From contig MU054100.1 in NCBI GenBank assembly GCA_013239625.1, positions 96,580 to 160,579 on the forward strand: 64,000 nucleotides of DNA, in the 5' to 3' direction. The notes under the pieces are model-generated. The model had not been told where the DNA came from and did not search any database. It was given only the letters and a program-made list of their open reading frames with translations. Shown one piece after another: positions 39,776-53,134 of the stretch. This DNA is from Lama guanicoe. Its lineage: Eukaryota. The stretch's first letter is position 1. Each line of letters opens with the position of its first letter. The position numbers and the translations under genes were made by a program.

Positions 39776-39848
39776 AGTCAGAAAAGAACTCCTTACTCTG
39801 AACATCTCAATTCTAGTAAATGTATAATGCATGGCATGTTACCTTTAA

Positions 39849-39915
39849 TTTTATTTTTTATTTTTATTATTTTTTGTTGAAGTATGGTCAATTACAATGT
39901 GTCAATTTCTGGTGT
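39849..39915 (-). mobile_element. Extremely 5'-truncated young L1 with a 13-bp TSD
   Basis: T-rich tail plus ttgaagtatggtcaattacaatgtgtcaatttctggtgt. TSD atgttacctttaa (39836-39848) / atgttaactttaa (39916-39928). Confidence 0.88.
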
Positions 39916-41030
39916 ATGTTAACTTTAAAAAGTCTCTCTTTTAAGAGGAAAAGGAAATTGATTAAATACCATGTACCTTGACTGCTGGAAAGAAGCAGTA
40001 ACTTGTAATCATATTCATAGTTTAGCCAAAAGGATGGGTTTTTCTTTAATACTCATATAGTGAAGTCCTCTGCTAAGCAATATAAAAATAACATACTGTT
40101 GCATTTAGATTCTTTCTGTTATAGATTTTACTATAATTAACTCATTTTATACCTTTTCCTTTTTAAATAATATAAGGTATATCTGGCAGATAGGAAATAG
40201 CCTCAGGTTAAGAGTTTTGCATCAAGTTTTATCATCGCTTGTGACTATTTAGCAATTGCCTTTATGGTTATAGATTCTATTATGAAATCCACGGTAATCT
40301 TGAATTTTTTTTGGTAGTTATGAAATTTAGAATCAAGGTGGGACTATTTTTGTGCAGAAAACAGCTCATAAACTCAGTCCTATTTTGACTGAAGTTTGAA
40401 TTTTAGGTCCTTCTGGGTATCTGAGCCATCATTTTTTCTGTGTCTTGATCATCTAATCAAAAGGGAATATTCTAAATGCATTTTTATTTTGCCTGAAATT
40501 AACAGTGAGACTTGAAGTAGATGTTATGAGAGACTGGAAATAACTGTTAAATAAAAAAAAATAGCAAGGGACTACTGCAGTCGAGCAAGGAAATGGCAAA
40601 GTAAACAACAAAATTAAAAAAAAATTAGGAAGCACCCACTGTCAGTATATTTAATAGATTTATTTGGAATGATTTGAGTGTTTGATGGTTTCTGAAAGGA
40701 GTAGTCATGAATGAATTTCAGGCCTCAAATATTTATTCTTTCTTAAGAGTCACAAACTTTAAAGCTTTTTAAGTGCCTTGTGTTTTTATATGTAAGGTTT
40801 TTTGGGGGGGGATTTTTTTTGTTGTTGTTGTTGTTGTTTTTCTGGAGACAGAGCAATAAAAATAAACTAGTAGCCATCAACTGTAACTGTGAAATGTGAT
40901 GGCCATTTAAATACTGAAAAGCCAGAAGATCAGAATAGCCAATCAGAATTGTGTTACCAATAAGTCATCTTATGTGATTGATATTTCTTTTACATGAAGT
41001 AAATGACACACTCATAAGCAGAAATATTTC

Positions 41031-41230
41031 TGTAAGACAGATTTTTAAAAAGCCAGATTTCTTCTGTATAGCACAGGGAACTATATTCAATATCTTGTAA
41101 TAACCTTTAAAGAAAAAGGATATGAAAACAAATATATGTATGTATGTATATATATGACTGGGACATTGTGCTGTACACCTGAAATTGATGTTGTTACTGA
41201 CTATACTTCATTAAAAAAAGAGAGAGAGAG
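41031..41230 (+). mobile_element. Young L1 3' end with TSD and (GA)n tail
   Basis: ctgtatagcacagggaactatattcaatatcttgtaataacc...ctgactatacttcattaaaaaaa. TSD agaaatatttc (41020-41030) / agaaatgtttc (41231-41241). Confidence 0.88.
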
Positions 41231-41399
41231 AGAAATGTTTCCACAGGAATTAAGGGTTTCTTTTGTAAAGATATATTTTAACACCTACGTGTTCTTCTAA
41301 AAGTATCTCCAGACATGATGAGAAGTATAAGAAATAACAGTTTTCTGTCAAGAAAAATAAGTGTATCTTTGCACAGACACAGGTATCTGTGAAGGGAGC

Positions 41400-41570
41400 A
41401 GAAATATGGTTAAGGTTAAAGCATACTAATAGACAGTTCCCAATTCATGAATGCTTTTTAAAATCAGCATGATTTTCTTGCCTCTGTTTCCTTCTCTGTA
41501 AAATGGAAATGATAATAGAATCCAACTGCAGTGTGTAGAATAGTTCCGGGCATATAGTAAGCACTCTAAA
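41400..41570 (+). mobile_element. MIR SINE
   Basis: gcctctgtttccttctctgtaaaatggaaatgataatag...ccgggcatatagtaagcactc. Confidence 0.65.
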
Positions 41571-42164
41571 GTCAACACCCTGCTTTTTTGCCCATCTGCT
41601 TTAACTTATTCTTTCCTGAAAATTATAGAGGTGGCAGCCTGTCATGTTCATCCAAGCAGGGAGAGAACAGGCATCTGTGAAGTCCACTGCAGGCGTGGCT
41701 TCTCAGTGATGCAGGGAGTTGTCCTTGAAGGCTAATGTGGGTTGGGGGGGTCCTGTGTATCACTGAGTATCACTGAGCTACCACGGTTCTTAAGTGTGAA
41801 GACAGTTCTACAACCCCTAGTGTGAATTTTGGCCAAGGGAACACTGTGGTGAGTTACCAATTTTGCATATCTTTATGCTCAGTACTTTTATATTTCTCAC
41901 ATATCCACACCTCAGAGCTGTACCTGGCCTAAGGTGTCTATTCAGAACTGAGTTCATGATCCATCAATTCATGGGTAGAATTTTGCCCCCCTCTTCTCTC
42001 TATAGGAATCAAACTTAGAGATTAGATGTCTTTTCCCTTTAAATCCTCAAACAGCAAGCATCAAATGTCATTTCTTTAGGATCCTCACAAGGCTATTTAC
42101 TCATTTACTCACCCTTTTGAAGGAAAGCTTATTTCAAGTCCAAAAAGTATCAGTGCTAGAATAG

Positions 42165-42360
42165 TACATTAATAACTCCTAATGAATCTTACAGCCTGGT
42201 AACCTGTGTCCTTGGGACACATGTTGATTCTGTGCTTGCTCATGTGACTCACTTTGGCTAACAGGACATCTGTAAAGATGACACATAGATTTGGTAAGTG
42301 TTTGCCCACTGGAGCATGCCCTCTTGGAAGGCTCCTGCTATCTCTTGAGGAAGCCTGATA
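42165..42360 (+). mobile_element. MaLR MLT1 LTR 5' fragment
   Basis: tcatgtgactcactttggctaacaggacat...aagtgtttgcccactggagcatgccctcttgg. Confidence 0.6.
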
Positions 42361-42371
42361 CTCCTCGAGGG

Positions 42372-43704
42372 AGTTGGTGAGGATGTGGAGGAAAGGCAAC
42401 CTTTGTACCCTGTTGGTGGGAATGTAAATTGATGCAGCCACTGTGGAGAACAGCATGGGGAGTCCTTAAATAGCTAAAAATAGAAATACCATATGATCCA
42501 GTAAATCCATTCTTGGGTATTTATCCAAAAACAAAAAGAATACACTAATTCAGAAAGATACTTGAATCCCAATATTCATTGCAGGATTATTTACATTTGC
42601 CAAGATATGGAAGCAACCTAAGTATTCATCAAGAGATGAATGGATAAACTAATGTATCTGTGTGTACATATATGTATATACAATGGAATACTGCTCAGTC
42701 ATCATTAAAAAGAATGAAATTTTGTCGTATGCAACAACATGGATGGAAATAGAGATACTGTGCTAAGTGAAACAAGTCAGAGAAAACAATACTGAATGAT
42801 ATCACTTACACGTGGAATCTAAAAAAATAAACTAGTGAATATAACAACAAAGAAAACATACTCACAGATCTAGAGAACAAACTAGTAGTTACAGTGGGAA
42901 GAGGGAAGGGCAAGATAGGAGTAGAGGTTTAAGAGATACAAATTACAATGTATAAAATAAATAAGCTAGGAGGATGTATAATACAACACAGGGAACATAG
43001 CTAATATTTTATAATACCTATAAATGGAGTATAACTTTTAAAAATTGTGTATCACTAGCTTGTACACCTGAAACTTACTTAATATTGTACATCTGTTCTG
43101 GGAGAGTAGTTTCTTATCTCATCACAGTGAGAATTCAGAGATGAGACACAGAGGACAAGAAAATTGAAGTGAGGATTTTTTTAAGGGATAGATAGTTCAT
43201 TCCCAAGGGGAGGGAAGGCAGGCTCAGGTGAGCAGGTGCGCTGAGCTTCTTTGACAAGTTGGTTACATAGGGTGTAAAAATGAATGGGAGGGGTTTTGGC
43301 TTGTATTCCCTAATTTTCATCCCAGCTCCACCTTCCTGAGGGGAGGAAGGGTTTTTGTCCTTATTTAGTCTGGATCGGAAATGTCATGGTGTCAGTGCAT
43401 GATGGGTACTTCTAATCTGCAAAAGTAATTTTATTGTAATGAGGGCATAATGTGTAAAAGGTCACATTCAGACACCGGAGACCCCTGTCTTTTCTCACCT
43501 TTCTTTGTCTGCCTCCAGGCCACCTGTCATCCCAAAATGTGTGGTTTCTTCTCAGTCCAGGGATTCTTGCTTTTCTCTCTCTGCCCAGGGACCTCTGTTG
43601 TTCACAAGATGTATGGTTTCCTGTCATTTGGCCCATGTTCCCCTTTCTCTGCTCATATCTAGCTACCTGTCTGCTCTAATACATCACCTAGTCCTTAAAA
43701 AAAA
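42372..43704 (+). mobile_element. L1 3' portion (ORF2 end plus 3' UTR), split near its tail by a solo LTR
   Basis: ttggtgaggatgtggag...tgttggtgggaatgtaaattgatgcagccactgtggagaacag and aatagaaataccatatgatccag. The final ~20 nt and A-tail resume after 43685. Confidence 0.9.
43094..43681 (-). mobile_element. ERV1-type solo LTR, copy B (same family as 7996-8640)
   Basis: Perfect 4-bp TSD catc (43090-43093 / 43682-43685), termini tgtt...ctctaata, and collinearity with copy A. Confidence 0.9.
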
Positions 43705-46309
43705 GGTTGGGCCCTCAACACCTTAGGAGTTGTTTAGTAAGTTACCTCTTCTTCCTAGTTGCATTTGCCAGTTTGAAGGCCATCTGGACTTACTTTAAAT
43801 GAAACCACTGGAAAAAATTCCTGTTTGGAAAATGTATTTGGAGAAAATGGGTATTCTAATTTGTCTCTCTTTTGAGGACTAGTGCCAGCTCTGGCATTGC
43901 TAACCCACTCTGTAATCTTTTATCCTCATGTGTCAAGACATTGATCAACAGTGTTGTAGGCTGCGGCAAATAATAGTGATAAAATTACAATAGCACATGT
44001 CATAACTGTGGGAAGAGCGCTAATGATAATTTACCCTGCAGCTCACTCTTACACTTGTTAGAACATTTCAAATGGAAAGTGAGGCTTTACCCTGTGTTTC
44101 AAATACTTTCCTTCCAAGTATGCCTTTTAATCTTACCACTTTTTCACATTTCAGAGCAAATTATCTCCATTTGTTCTCTTGTGCCTTTGCCCTGATACTT
44201 TCCCTTTTTAATGGTGATTTTATTTTTTGCCTAAATGAGCATTCATGCCCTCAGGCACCAATCTGAGTTGCTGCTTATTTCAAATAACTCAGGACTAGTA
44301 AAGCAAGCTTCTTTTTCAGGTTGGAAGACTCTTTAGTCAGTTGTTTTTTTTTTTTAACCTAAAAGGAATTCTGAGATTCCCACTGGAATTTCCTTATAGA
44401 CAGTGTTCCCTGGAAAAGATGCATTTTAAAAACTGGTAGCCAAGGCTCTAATGAGAACCTTATTTCTCTTTCTCTGGTTTTATAAAATGGTTCAAACAGA
44501 CCTGACTTTTCCATCTCATGTAATAGCATCTGCAAGAGCATTTTTGGTCATGATTAAGGGCTGATTTAATTTGCACACAGTAGATGATTTAGATGTCAAC
44601 TTTGTACAACTAGAAAAAAATGTTTATTTAAGAGTGGCTATAAATATTCCAAGTTAATTTGAAAAAATCTCTTAAACAGCACCAACCTGTTATTGATTTA
44701 TGAAAGATAATGTCCCAGGAAACAAGAGAAAGGCTTTCGGGTGAGTGGCTCTCAGACAAGGAGCCTTCCTGGCAGCTGCAGTGACTTCCTATGCTCATTC
44801 TGCTTTTGGTGTCACTTGTCACCACAGGAAGGTTCAGGAAGTGTGAGAAATCAGGAGTTGTGTATAGACCCATTCATTGAGAGCAGAAGCCATCTGTCAT
44901 ACTTCAGAAACCTTCCGTGCCAAACACAGCATCTTGGATTTAGAAGGTGCTTAGTAAATATTTTACTCAGTGGGTGACTCTTTCAGCAGGGCTTCAGTGA
45001 CTTTCCAGGCATCACAACATGGATGTCATCTTTCATAAACCATTTTAATCAGTGTCATTGGTTGTCAATGCATGGATTTGTGGATTGTCTGGCGCCCGTA
45101 GCTGTTTTCAAAGAAGGCTTTTACTCACGGACATTTATCACATATCCTAAAACACATATTCCTCTGCCAAAAGCACACAAACCAAGTTTCACAGATCCCT
45201 ATTTACCTATAGAGACAAGAGCCCTTAAGAGGGTACCCGGGGCCTCCCACGGTGTTACACGTGCTTAATTTTATTGTCTTATTTCCCATATGGGCTTTAG
45301 GTTTTCATCCAAGGAGGGCTAATTAGCCACACCATTCTTTCTCTGTAGGATCTCCTCCCTCTGCATGTTACCAGACAAAATTGAAGGCACCCCTCCTGGT
45401 CCTGCTTCCTCCAGGCATCTCAGACATCTCTCACTTTGGAGGTGGGGGCAACTTCAGGGTGGGCTGGACTGGAACTTTGGCAGGTTGCACTTGAAAGAAA
45501 AGCCTTGGAGGGGCTTAGCACCAGGACACAGAAAAACTTGCTTTATCTAAAAATGGCAGGAGAGCTAAATTAAAGTGAAGTGGAGTCAGCGTCAAGACAT
45601 CAGAGCAGTGGAGAAGGAGGTGAAATGTAGAGGGATTAAGTGGGGGTTTAAACCATGTCACTAGCAAGGAAAGCCACCAAAGGGCGGGGTGGTGCTTTCA
45701 GGGTGGCTCTTTGAAGGAGGGCGGGAGGGCCGAGGGGCAGGGTGCTACCGTGGGCCTCTGGTCTGAGTGGACTCCAGATCTACATTTTAAAGAGGAGTAA
45801 TAAGCCATGGGCTGTTATAACCCTAGACACGTGCAGGAACGTTCAGTCTCCTCCTGGGCTCCGTGAACTTCTAGACAAACAGGTCATGTGCCAGGTGCTA
45901 CTTTGGATGTGTGTTTGGCATCTCTCCTGCTCTGCTGTAAGGTCCAGTGTAGATGGTGGGGTTCCTTCTAGACTTATCTTCCTATACCCCTACAGCCCTC
46001 TGACCCTGCACTCACAGACACTTATAAGCTCCCAAGACAAACTATTTGTATTGAAATAATGAATAAATCAATGAAGAGGTGATTCACTTGTAATATAGGA
46101 ACCTTAATGTGAGATCCAGTTATGGATATAGATAAAAGTGGGCTTAAAATATATCTAGCAGGGCTACATGAACTGAGTAACTGCCACATTTTTTAAGTTT
46201 AGGTAATCAGTGCTAGAAGTTGACTTGCCCAGCAAGGACATGCTGATGTCTGTGAACTTTTTTAATGAATGTAACAGTGTCCTTAGAAGCATTAACTCCT
46301 AAAGTGTGA

Positions 46310-46505
46310 AATGTGGAATTGAAAGACTGCAGAAAATGTGGCTTTGTGGCCGTCTGTGTTGGACACGAGGTCTAGTGTCTGTGAGCCTCAGTTTTCTCTT
46401 CTCTGAAATGGAGATAATTCCCTGCCTCATCTGTTTTCCAGAATTGGGGGGTGGGAGCAAGTCAAATAATATGTATGAAAATTTCTTGGTAAACTGTCAC
46501 ATCAC
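46310..46505 (+). mobile_element. MIR SINE
   Basis: gagcctcagttttctcttctctgaaatggagataattccctgcctc. Confidence 0.6.
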
Positions 46506-47234
46506 ACAAATGTTACATTTCATTTTTACTGATATACACATTTATGGAGAAAAATTCAAGGGCCTATTATCTAGGGAATAATCCTTTGATTTTTTGCCTT
46601 TATCAGATCTTTCAACAGTTGAAAGAAAAGGCTATAAATGTCTAGGTTTTCTACTGTTTTTACTTTACTGGTTGTTTATCAATAGAATGTTTTGAGGAGA
46701 AGAAATATCAAAAGGAGGTATAGCACACAGGTTGTGTTAGAAAAACTTTTTTGAACATTAATTACAATACTTCTTTAAAATTTTATGGGGACTTAAATAA
46801 TGTAGATTCAAATATAAACATTTTAATAGGTTTACTCACTCTATATTAAAATATAGAATTTCCATAATTATTTTTACTTTTTATGTTACTTCCTTTGCTC
46901 TATTATATTTTTATCTTATCTCTATTACATGTTCCTACCAAAAGACCTTTAAATTCTTTCTGAAGTCAATATTAACAGAGCTACTTCAAGGAATAAAGTA
47001 TGAGAATTTTTGTCTTGCCCTTTTATTACCAAATTATGTTATTTCATTTTCAAAGTTACTATGTACTTTTTCAGAATTTATCTATCTGGGCAGATGAAGA
47101 GATAAAATAAATGACCATTTTATTTCCCTTTTTGCTTGATATTTTCCCTCAGCATCCATGCTTCAGGTAGCCGTATTACTTGCTCGTCTTATGTCCTGGT
47201 GCCGTGGTTAGCTAACATATAGCTCAGGCAGGCC

Positions 47235-47370
47235 GTGGAGTAGAAAGCCAGATAGCTTATCAAGAGATCTGGGTTCTAGACTCATTTTTCCACTTTAAAT
47301 GCTTGCCTCAGCTTGAGCAAGTCACCTTACATCTCTGAACTCTATTTTCTTCATGTGCAAAGGAGAGGTA
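47235..47370 (+). mobile_element. MIR SINE
   Basis: tcaagagatctgggttctagactc...cttgagcaagtcaccttacatctctgaactctattttcttcatgtgcaaa. Confidence 0.65.
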
Positions 47371-47472
47371 TTATCATCATTCTAAGTGAAGTGGGCCAGA
47401 AAGAGAAAGAAATGTGCCATATGACATCACTTATATGTGGACTCTAAAAGAAAAAGGACACAAATGAGCTAC
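47370..47472 (+). mobile_element. Tailless internal fragment of a young L1 3' UTR
   Basis: ctaagtgaagtgggccagaaagagaaagaaatgtgccatatgacatcacttatatgtggactctaaaa...gacacaaatgagct is the same segment as 4208-4295. No terminal sequence or poly(A) follows. Confidence 0.8.
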
Positions 47473-48032
47473 TTATTGTTTGTAACTTAGATAACTGATG
47501 TCTTGAAAATGTGTGAGCACATTTGACTGTCGTTTATGATTGGATTACCTCATTCTGTTGGGATTTTTTTTTTGTGGTTGGCTTTATTCCTTTGATGACT
47601 GTGTAAATTTAAAAAGCTAAAGCTCTAATCTGTTCTTAGAAACATATATAAACTAAAAAATATGCAGTATATTGTATATTTGTATTTATATGCAATATAA
47701 ATTATATGTGCAGTCAAACTGTAATAATTCTACCTAATAAAACTGAAAAGAAAAAAAAAGAAAAAAGGAGAGGTATAAGCAGTAACCAGAGTCACAAAAA
47801 TGAATCAAATTACACAAAGGTGTTATTAGGGCAAAATAATGCAATGGACACTGATGAGGCTTGTGTAAATTGCAGTTATCACCCCAAAAGTATTTTTAAG
47901 TATTTTTTTTAATTCTATGAACACCTACAAAGCAAGTCTGTAGGCTAATTCAAAAGGCCACCAATTTGAACCCTTGGTATCAATCACCTCTGAGTACCTT
48001 TCCAGCTTTAAAATTCTGTAATACGTTTAACT

Positions 48033-48431
48033 TGCATTAGTAAGCTCCGGCTGTCAGAGCAAAATGCTGTAGACTGGGGGTCTTAAACAACAGAAGTGCA
48101 TTTTCTCACAGTTCTGGAGATTGGAGGCATGGGATCAGGATGCCAGCAGGATCAGGTTCTGGTGTGGGCTGTCTTTCTGGCATGCACATGCCACCTTACA
48201 ACCGTGTCCTCTCATGGTCTTTCCTGGGGATGTACATGGGGGGAGATAGTTCTTTCTCTCTTCCTCTTATTATAAGGCAATTTATTCCATCATGAGGGCT
48301 CATCCTTATGATGTAATCTAACCATCTAACCCTGATCATCCCCCAGTGATCTCATTACCAAATTCCATCATATTGGGGGTTAGATCTTCAACATATGAAT
48401 TTTAGGGAACACAAACATGCAGTCCGTAGCA
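48033..48431 (-). mobile_element. MaLR MLT1A-like solo LTR, full length
   Basis: TG...CA termini; agactgggggtcttaaacaacagaagtgcattttctcacagttctggag and catattgggggttagatcttcaacatatgaattttagggaacacaaacatgcagtcc. Confidence 0.9.
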
Positions 48432-50659
48432 TGGCCCACTCAGTGCATCTGCCTGAAAGTGCTGGAAGGGGTGGGCTGTGCACTTCAGGCTTAAAGGACT
48501 CATCGCATCATTTTCCTTTGATGGTGGACGGTTGAGAAGGAAGAAACACTTTCCTCTCTCTGAGATTATGCAGAGAAGGTGAGCTCCCTGCTTTCTGTCT
48601 GTTACAGAAAGAAAAAGGAACTATCTTCCTAAATGAAAGCGGGATGAATTTAGGATGTATAAAAGAAAAGTTATATAAAAGTTAATCAAATCTCCAGATT
48701 AAAAGACAGTTATGGAATGTTCTTCTAAGGTTTCTTACTCAAAGACTATGCCATTTTTCCTCTTCCTTGCTCCCTCTTTTCTCTTAAAAAATAAATGTGG
48801 ATCAGTAGCTTAGGCATTTATTTAACCCTTTGGGTTTCTCCTAGCCACATGAAAATTATGTTATCAGTAAAGAGGGTATTAGTTAAATTAATTCTGAATG
48901 TTTCAGCTAGCTTACATTTAATTATTTGTGAAAGGCTATCCTATCAACTAAGCTGATTTTAGTGCAAAGTCACTTCATCAATGATGTCATATTCAAATGA
49001 TGTCAGGGTTTCATTCCAGATACATTTTTACTGTGCTAATTTAGACCATCGGAAATGAATGTGACGGAGCCAGGAGCATTTCACTGTTAAAAAAAACAGA
49101 TGTAGTCAAAATTTCCACCACTAGGAAAGTAACTTATAAGGAAGCTAAATTTCCATATCCATCATTAGATATGTGTTTATTTCTATCCTATTTCATTGAT
49201 TCCCAATTCTTACCTACTCAGAAAATGTGTTAATTTTGTTATTTGCATTGGAAACTCTGACCTCAAAAGACTATCATCGTGTAATCATTAGTCTTATTTA
49301 AATAACAGACTTTTATTAGAACTCTGCTTGGAATTTTTCAAACTCATTCTTGTTTTGTTATAAATACCGAGTCCTCTTGGTTTCTTTTACAGTGATTCCA
49401 CTTTTCCAAGAAAATAGGCTACCAGGAAACTTGAATATTAGCAATATCTAAATGTGTTCAAGTTAAGTATTTTAAGAATATTTTATCATTTTCGCACCCA
49501 GGCCACCAGGTGCTTTCTCTGATGTTTTGGTTTGCATTTGCCCATTATCCCTTCCCAGTTTTTGTTTTGTTGTGTTTTGTTTTGAAACAACTTCAGACAA
49601 TATTGCCCATTTGCATTTCTTTTCCCCAAAAGGTTGCACAGTTTGGAAAGAAGCAGATACCTCAGAGTCACTAATGAGTTTGTCTTGGCTGAGAAAAGAA
49701 TGAGATTACATTGGTTTGGCTTTGTTAATTGTGGCCAGCTGTCTCTCAAGTTGATTTCTGGCATCATTTGCTGTCACACACAACAGTTTGGAGGAGGACA
49801 GGATGCCATCAACAGAGGAATCTGTGTCCAGTGCCTTGGATTTGCACTGGACTATTTCTTTGTAACTTGTGAAATTAAAGGGTTACAGAAATTAAAGCTA
49901 CTCTCCCAGAAAGAGAAATAGGAGCATGAAAATAAAATCTGAGATTATGTGATTTTTAAGCAAGTAATGGTCAGGGGTTGCATGTCCTGAAAAAGGCAGG
50001 AGAGTTCTAAATAAGAAAGTGAACCAATTATTTCTTCGTAAGCAGCTACCTTTGCCTTTCCAGGCAGCTCAGTAATAATTATTCTCTTTTGTAGGCTTTG
50101 GTGTTCCTGCTGGCTCTTCTCTCATTATGAGCTAATAACCATTGCATTCCATCTTCATCATTTTGACCTCTGTTATCAACAGTTTTCTCTGCATCCTGTT
50201 GTAGTTTCTCCTTTGGAAGTTAAAAGTAAATTACATCACCCATCTAACCAACCTTCTTCCCAACAAACCGCTTAAGCTGTCACAGGCCAAGGACAGGATT
50301 TCATTTTTATGTTTTTACTTCATAATGCTTAATAGAACATCTGGCACATAGTAAGCCATTAATAAATGAAATGACTACCTGTTTTGTTATTTTCACAAAG
50401 TCAGAAGCAAAAAAATATCTGCCACTTTTTTGTTCTGTTGTTTTTGTTAAGAAAGAGAATAAATAAATAGATGGAATACTAGAGTACCAAAGTATAGAAT
50501 TGTGTTCCATTGTATTTTATTGGCAAAAGGAGGCAAATTGGTAAAGGTTTGCCTATAAGGAACATATTTATGATACATGATCCAGTATATCATATACTTG
50601 ATTTAATATACGATTTTATATACTTGTGAGAGTATTTTAAAGATGTTAGATTTAATCTG

Positions 50660-52860
50660 TTTTATTCATTCACTCATTTTAATTGTAATCTTTATCAAGT
50701 GTATACATGCCCATAATTTAAAGGGTCAAATAGTTCTACAACAAAAATAAAAAGTTTAAATAATTCTATGAGGTTTGCCTCCATTTGCCCCTCTTCAGAG
50801 TCAACCACTTTAATTTATTTTAGCTTAATATGTTGTTTTCTCAACTATATTGCCCAAAAATTGTGTTTAGTTTGTGGCTGCATCTATTTGCAGACTTAAG
50901 CATTAAGCATCCCCTCCCTGCTGTAAATTATAAGGATGTAGCTCTCTTGTCTCACCTACCCTCACTAGGCAGGTACCTAGTTACCCCTAATAGTTATTAC
51001 GTAATTTTGTTAGGTCAGTATGTTCAGTGTTTATATTAGCATGACTGTGTAAGTGTTTTTGAAAGCCTTAACATGTGTAAGTAAACTACAATAATCATTC
51101 CTACAATGATCTGTCATGTAACATTTTATTATCCCTGGTGTTATTAATTTTCTAGATTATTTTTCTTTGTCATCTTCTCAGCACTGGGAAAAAAAAAGCA
51201 AACTTTCCACTGATTAAGTGTTTTCACTAGATAATCAGATCCATCCATTTCATATTTCAGAAAAAATCTCATGACTCTTTCTGACCTATCCAGCCTCGAC
51301 TCAGTTGCTGTGTTTAGTGCCAATCTGTCACCATGGGACCTCTCTTCAGTATCATCCTCTCTTTTCACTGTCGCCTCTGCTTTTTCTTCATTTACTCTCT
51401 TCTTTTAGTGAAATTCATCCTCTAGTTTCCTGAGAAAGGATTTGGAGGTAAAGTCTTCATAACCGTGAATGTCTTGAAAACGCCTTCATTCTGTTCTCAC
51501 ACTTCCATAGGTGAGGTAACAAATTCTGATTTGGAAACACTTTTCCATCAGAATATTTAGATATTTTCCTTCTAGATTTTAGTAGAAGCAAGGAATTTGA
51601 AGCTTTTGAGATCTTGTTCTACATTGTTCTAAAATTTCACGACAATGTACCCTCAGATGGATCTATATTAATTGTGTTTACTAGGCATTCAGTATTATCT
51701 TTTGACTTGGAAAACTATGTTCTTGATATTTTCTTGAATGTTTTTTAATGATTTGCACCCCTACCTTTTTTGTTCCCTAGCTCTGAAACTCCTAAAATCC
51801 AGACATTAGACCTCCTGGTTAGGTTTTCTAAATCTTTTTTCTCCTAGTTCCCATCTGTTTGTCTTTTTACTCTACTTTTGAAGAAGATTTTTCTGAACTT
51901 AATTTTACACTCTATTGAGTTTCTTTTTAAGTTTCTGCTACTTTGGGCTACTTTGTTTTAATTTATATACAAAATATTTGTTAAACTTTTTTTTTTCAAA
52001 ATATTCACTTCCAGTCATGGTTGAAATATTATAATGATAGTCCTTTTGTTCTCAGTTTTCTTCCCCTTACAATCTGTCCAAATTTTTTTTTCCTCATGGC
52101 TTTTATTGGTTACTCTGTTTTTCATGCCATTTGCTTCAGATACCTGGTAATCCTTGGTTTTCTGCTTATCATTAGAGGTGATAAAGTTGAGTTCCATGAA
52201 TTTGGGTGCCCATAGAACTGGGCTGTTCAGTTGGGAAAATTCTCGTGTCAACAGTTAAACCTTTCCCTTTGTGCTTTGTTTTTCCTAGAGAAGACTTCCA
52301 AATTGGTTACCTGCAGGAGGAAGACTTACTTGTCAGTGTTCTGGGAGCTGAGTTAGGAAGAATGTGAGGGTTTACAGTATTCAGTAGGACTGTGATTAAA
52401 TAATCTTCTCAACTAGACCTTTGCCTCTTCCACCCCTTTGAGCCTATGTTATACCTTTTTTAACTACCAGTTTTTTGCAAAGGGTGGGTAGGGGAAGTCA
52501 GTATCCTTGCAGTGTGGCACAAGAGAGAGTGAGCTGGGGATCTGACACTTACACAGACAGTTTGGGCAATTTCTGATTTTTCAAGCACACCCATTTCCCC
52601 CTGTTCAATCCTACCTCCAGAGTTCCTATGATGTAAGTCAGATTAATCCTTGGATTTTGTTGATTCCACTTTAGAATTTAATATTTTCTTCAGTCTGTTT
52701 AATCCTTTACGTCTTGTCCGTGGATTTACAGCTTCCAAAATCACGACACCATCCTGTTCTTTCCCATTCTCTTAATGTGTTAAGGGTTCACAGAGTTTTA
52801 ATGAAGAATTAGAAGAGAGTAGAAGTATATTCCAGTTTCCACTCTGTCCTCTTTACCTGA
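50660..52860 (-). mobile_element. HAL1-like / old L1M element
   Basis: An L1ME-like 3' end near 50670 lies only ~0.75 kb from ORF1-like antisense sequence (tagtttcctgagaaagg...atgtcttgaaaacgccttcattctgttctcacactt), with no room for ORF2, as in HAL1. Confidence 0.6.
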
Positions 52861-53134
52861 AAGTCCAGCTAGTTTATATTTGTTATATAAAATGCCTTTC
52901 TGCATGAAGTGTGGGATTTGTTTTTACCAAAATTATAGAATGTCTTCCATTATATTTTAGGATGCTGTGTGTATTTAACAACATGTCACTAAGGGAAATA
53001 AAAACAATTACACATAAATGCTTGCTTTAGTACCAGCTGGCTATGCTAGTCTTGCAAATTCTCAGTAGAATCATGGATTGTAACAATACACACCAGAATG
53101 CATTATACATGCTTGTACGCATAATATAAACAAG

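Noticed and set aside
41758..41778. Short tandem duplications (tatcactgag x2; also the tttgtac repeat near 15977 and an ~18-bp duplication near 15235)
   Set aside because: Ordinary slippage events with no sign of function.
7996..43681. The two related LTRs as the ends of one giant provirus
   Set aside because: Each has its own 4-bp flanking duplication, they differ structurally, and the 35 kb between them has no recognisable gag/pol/env.
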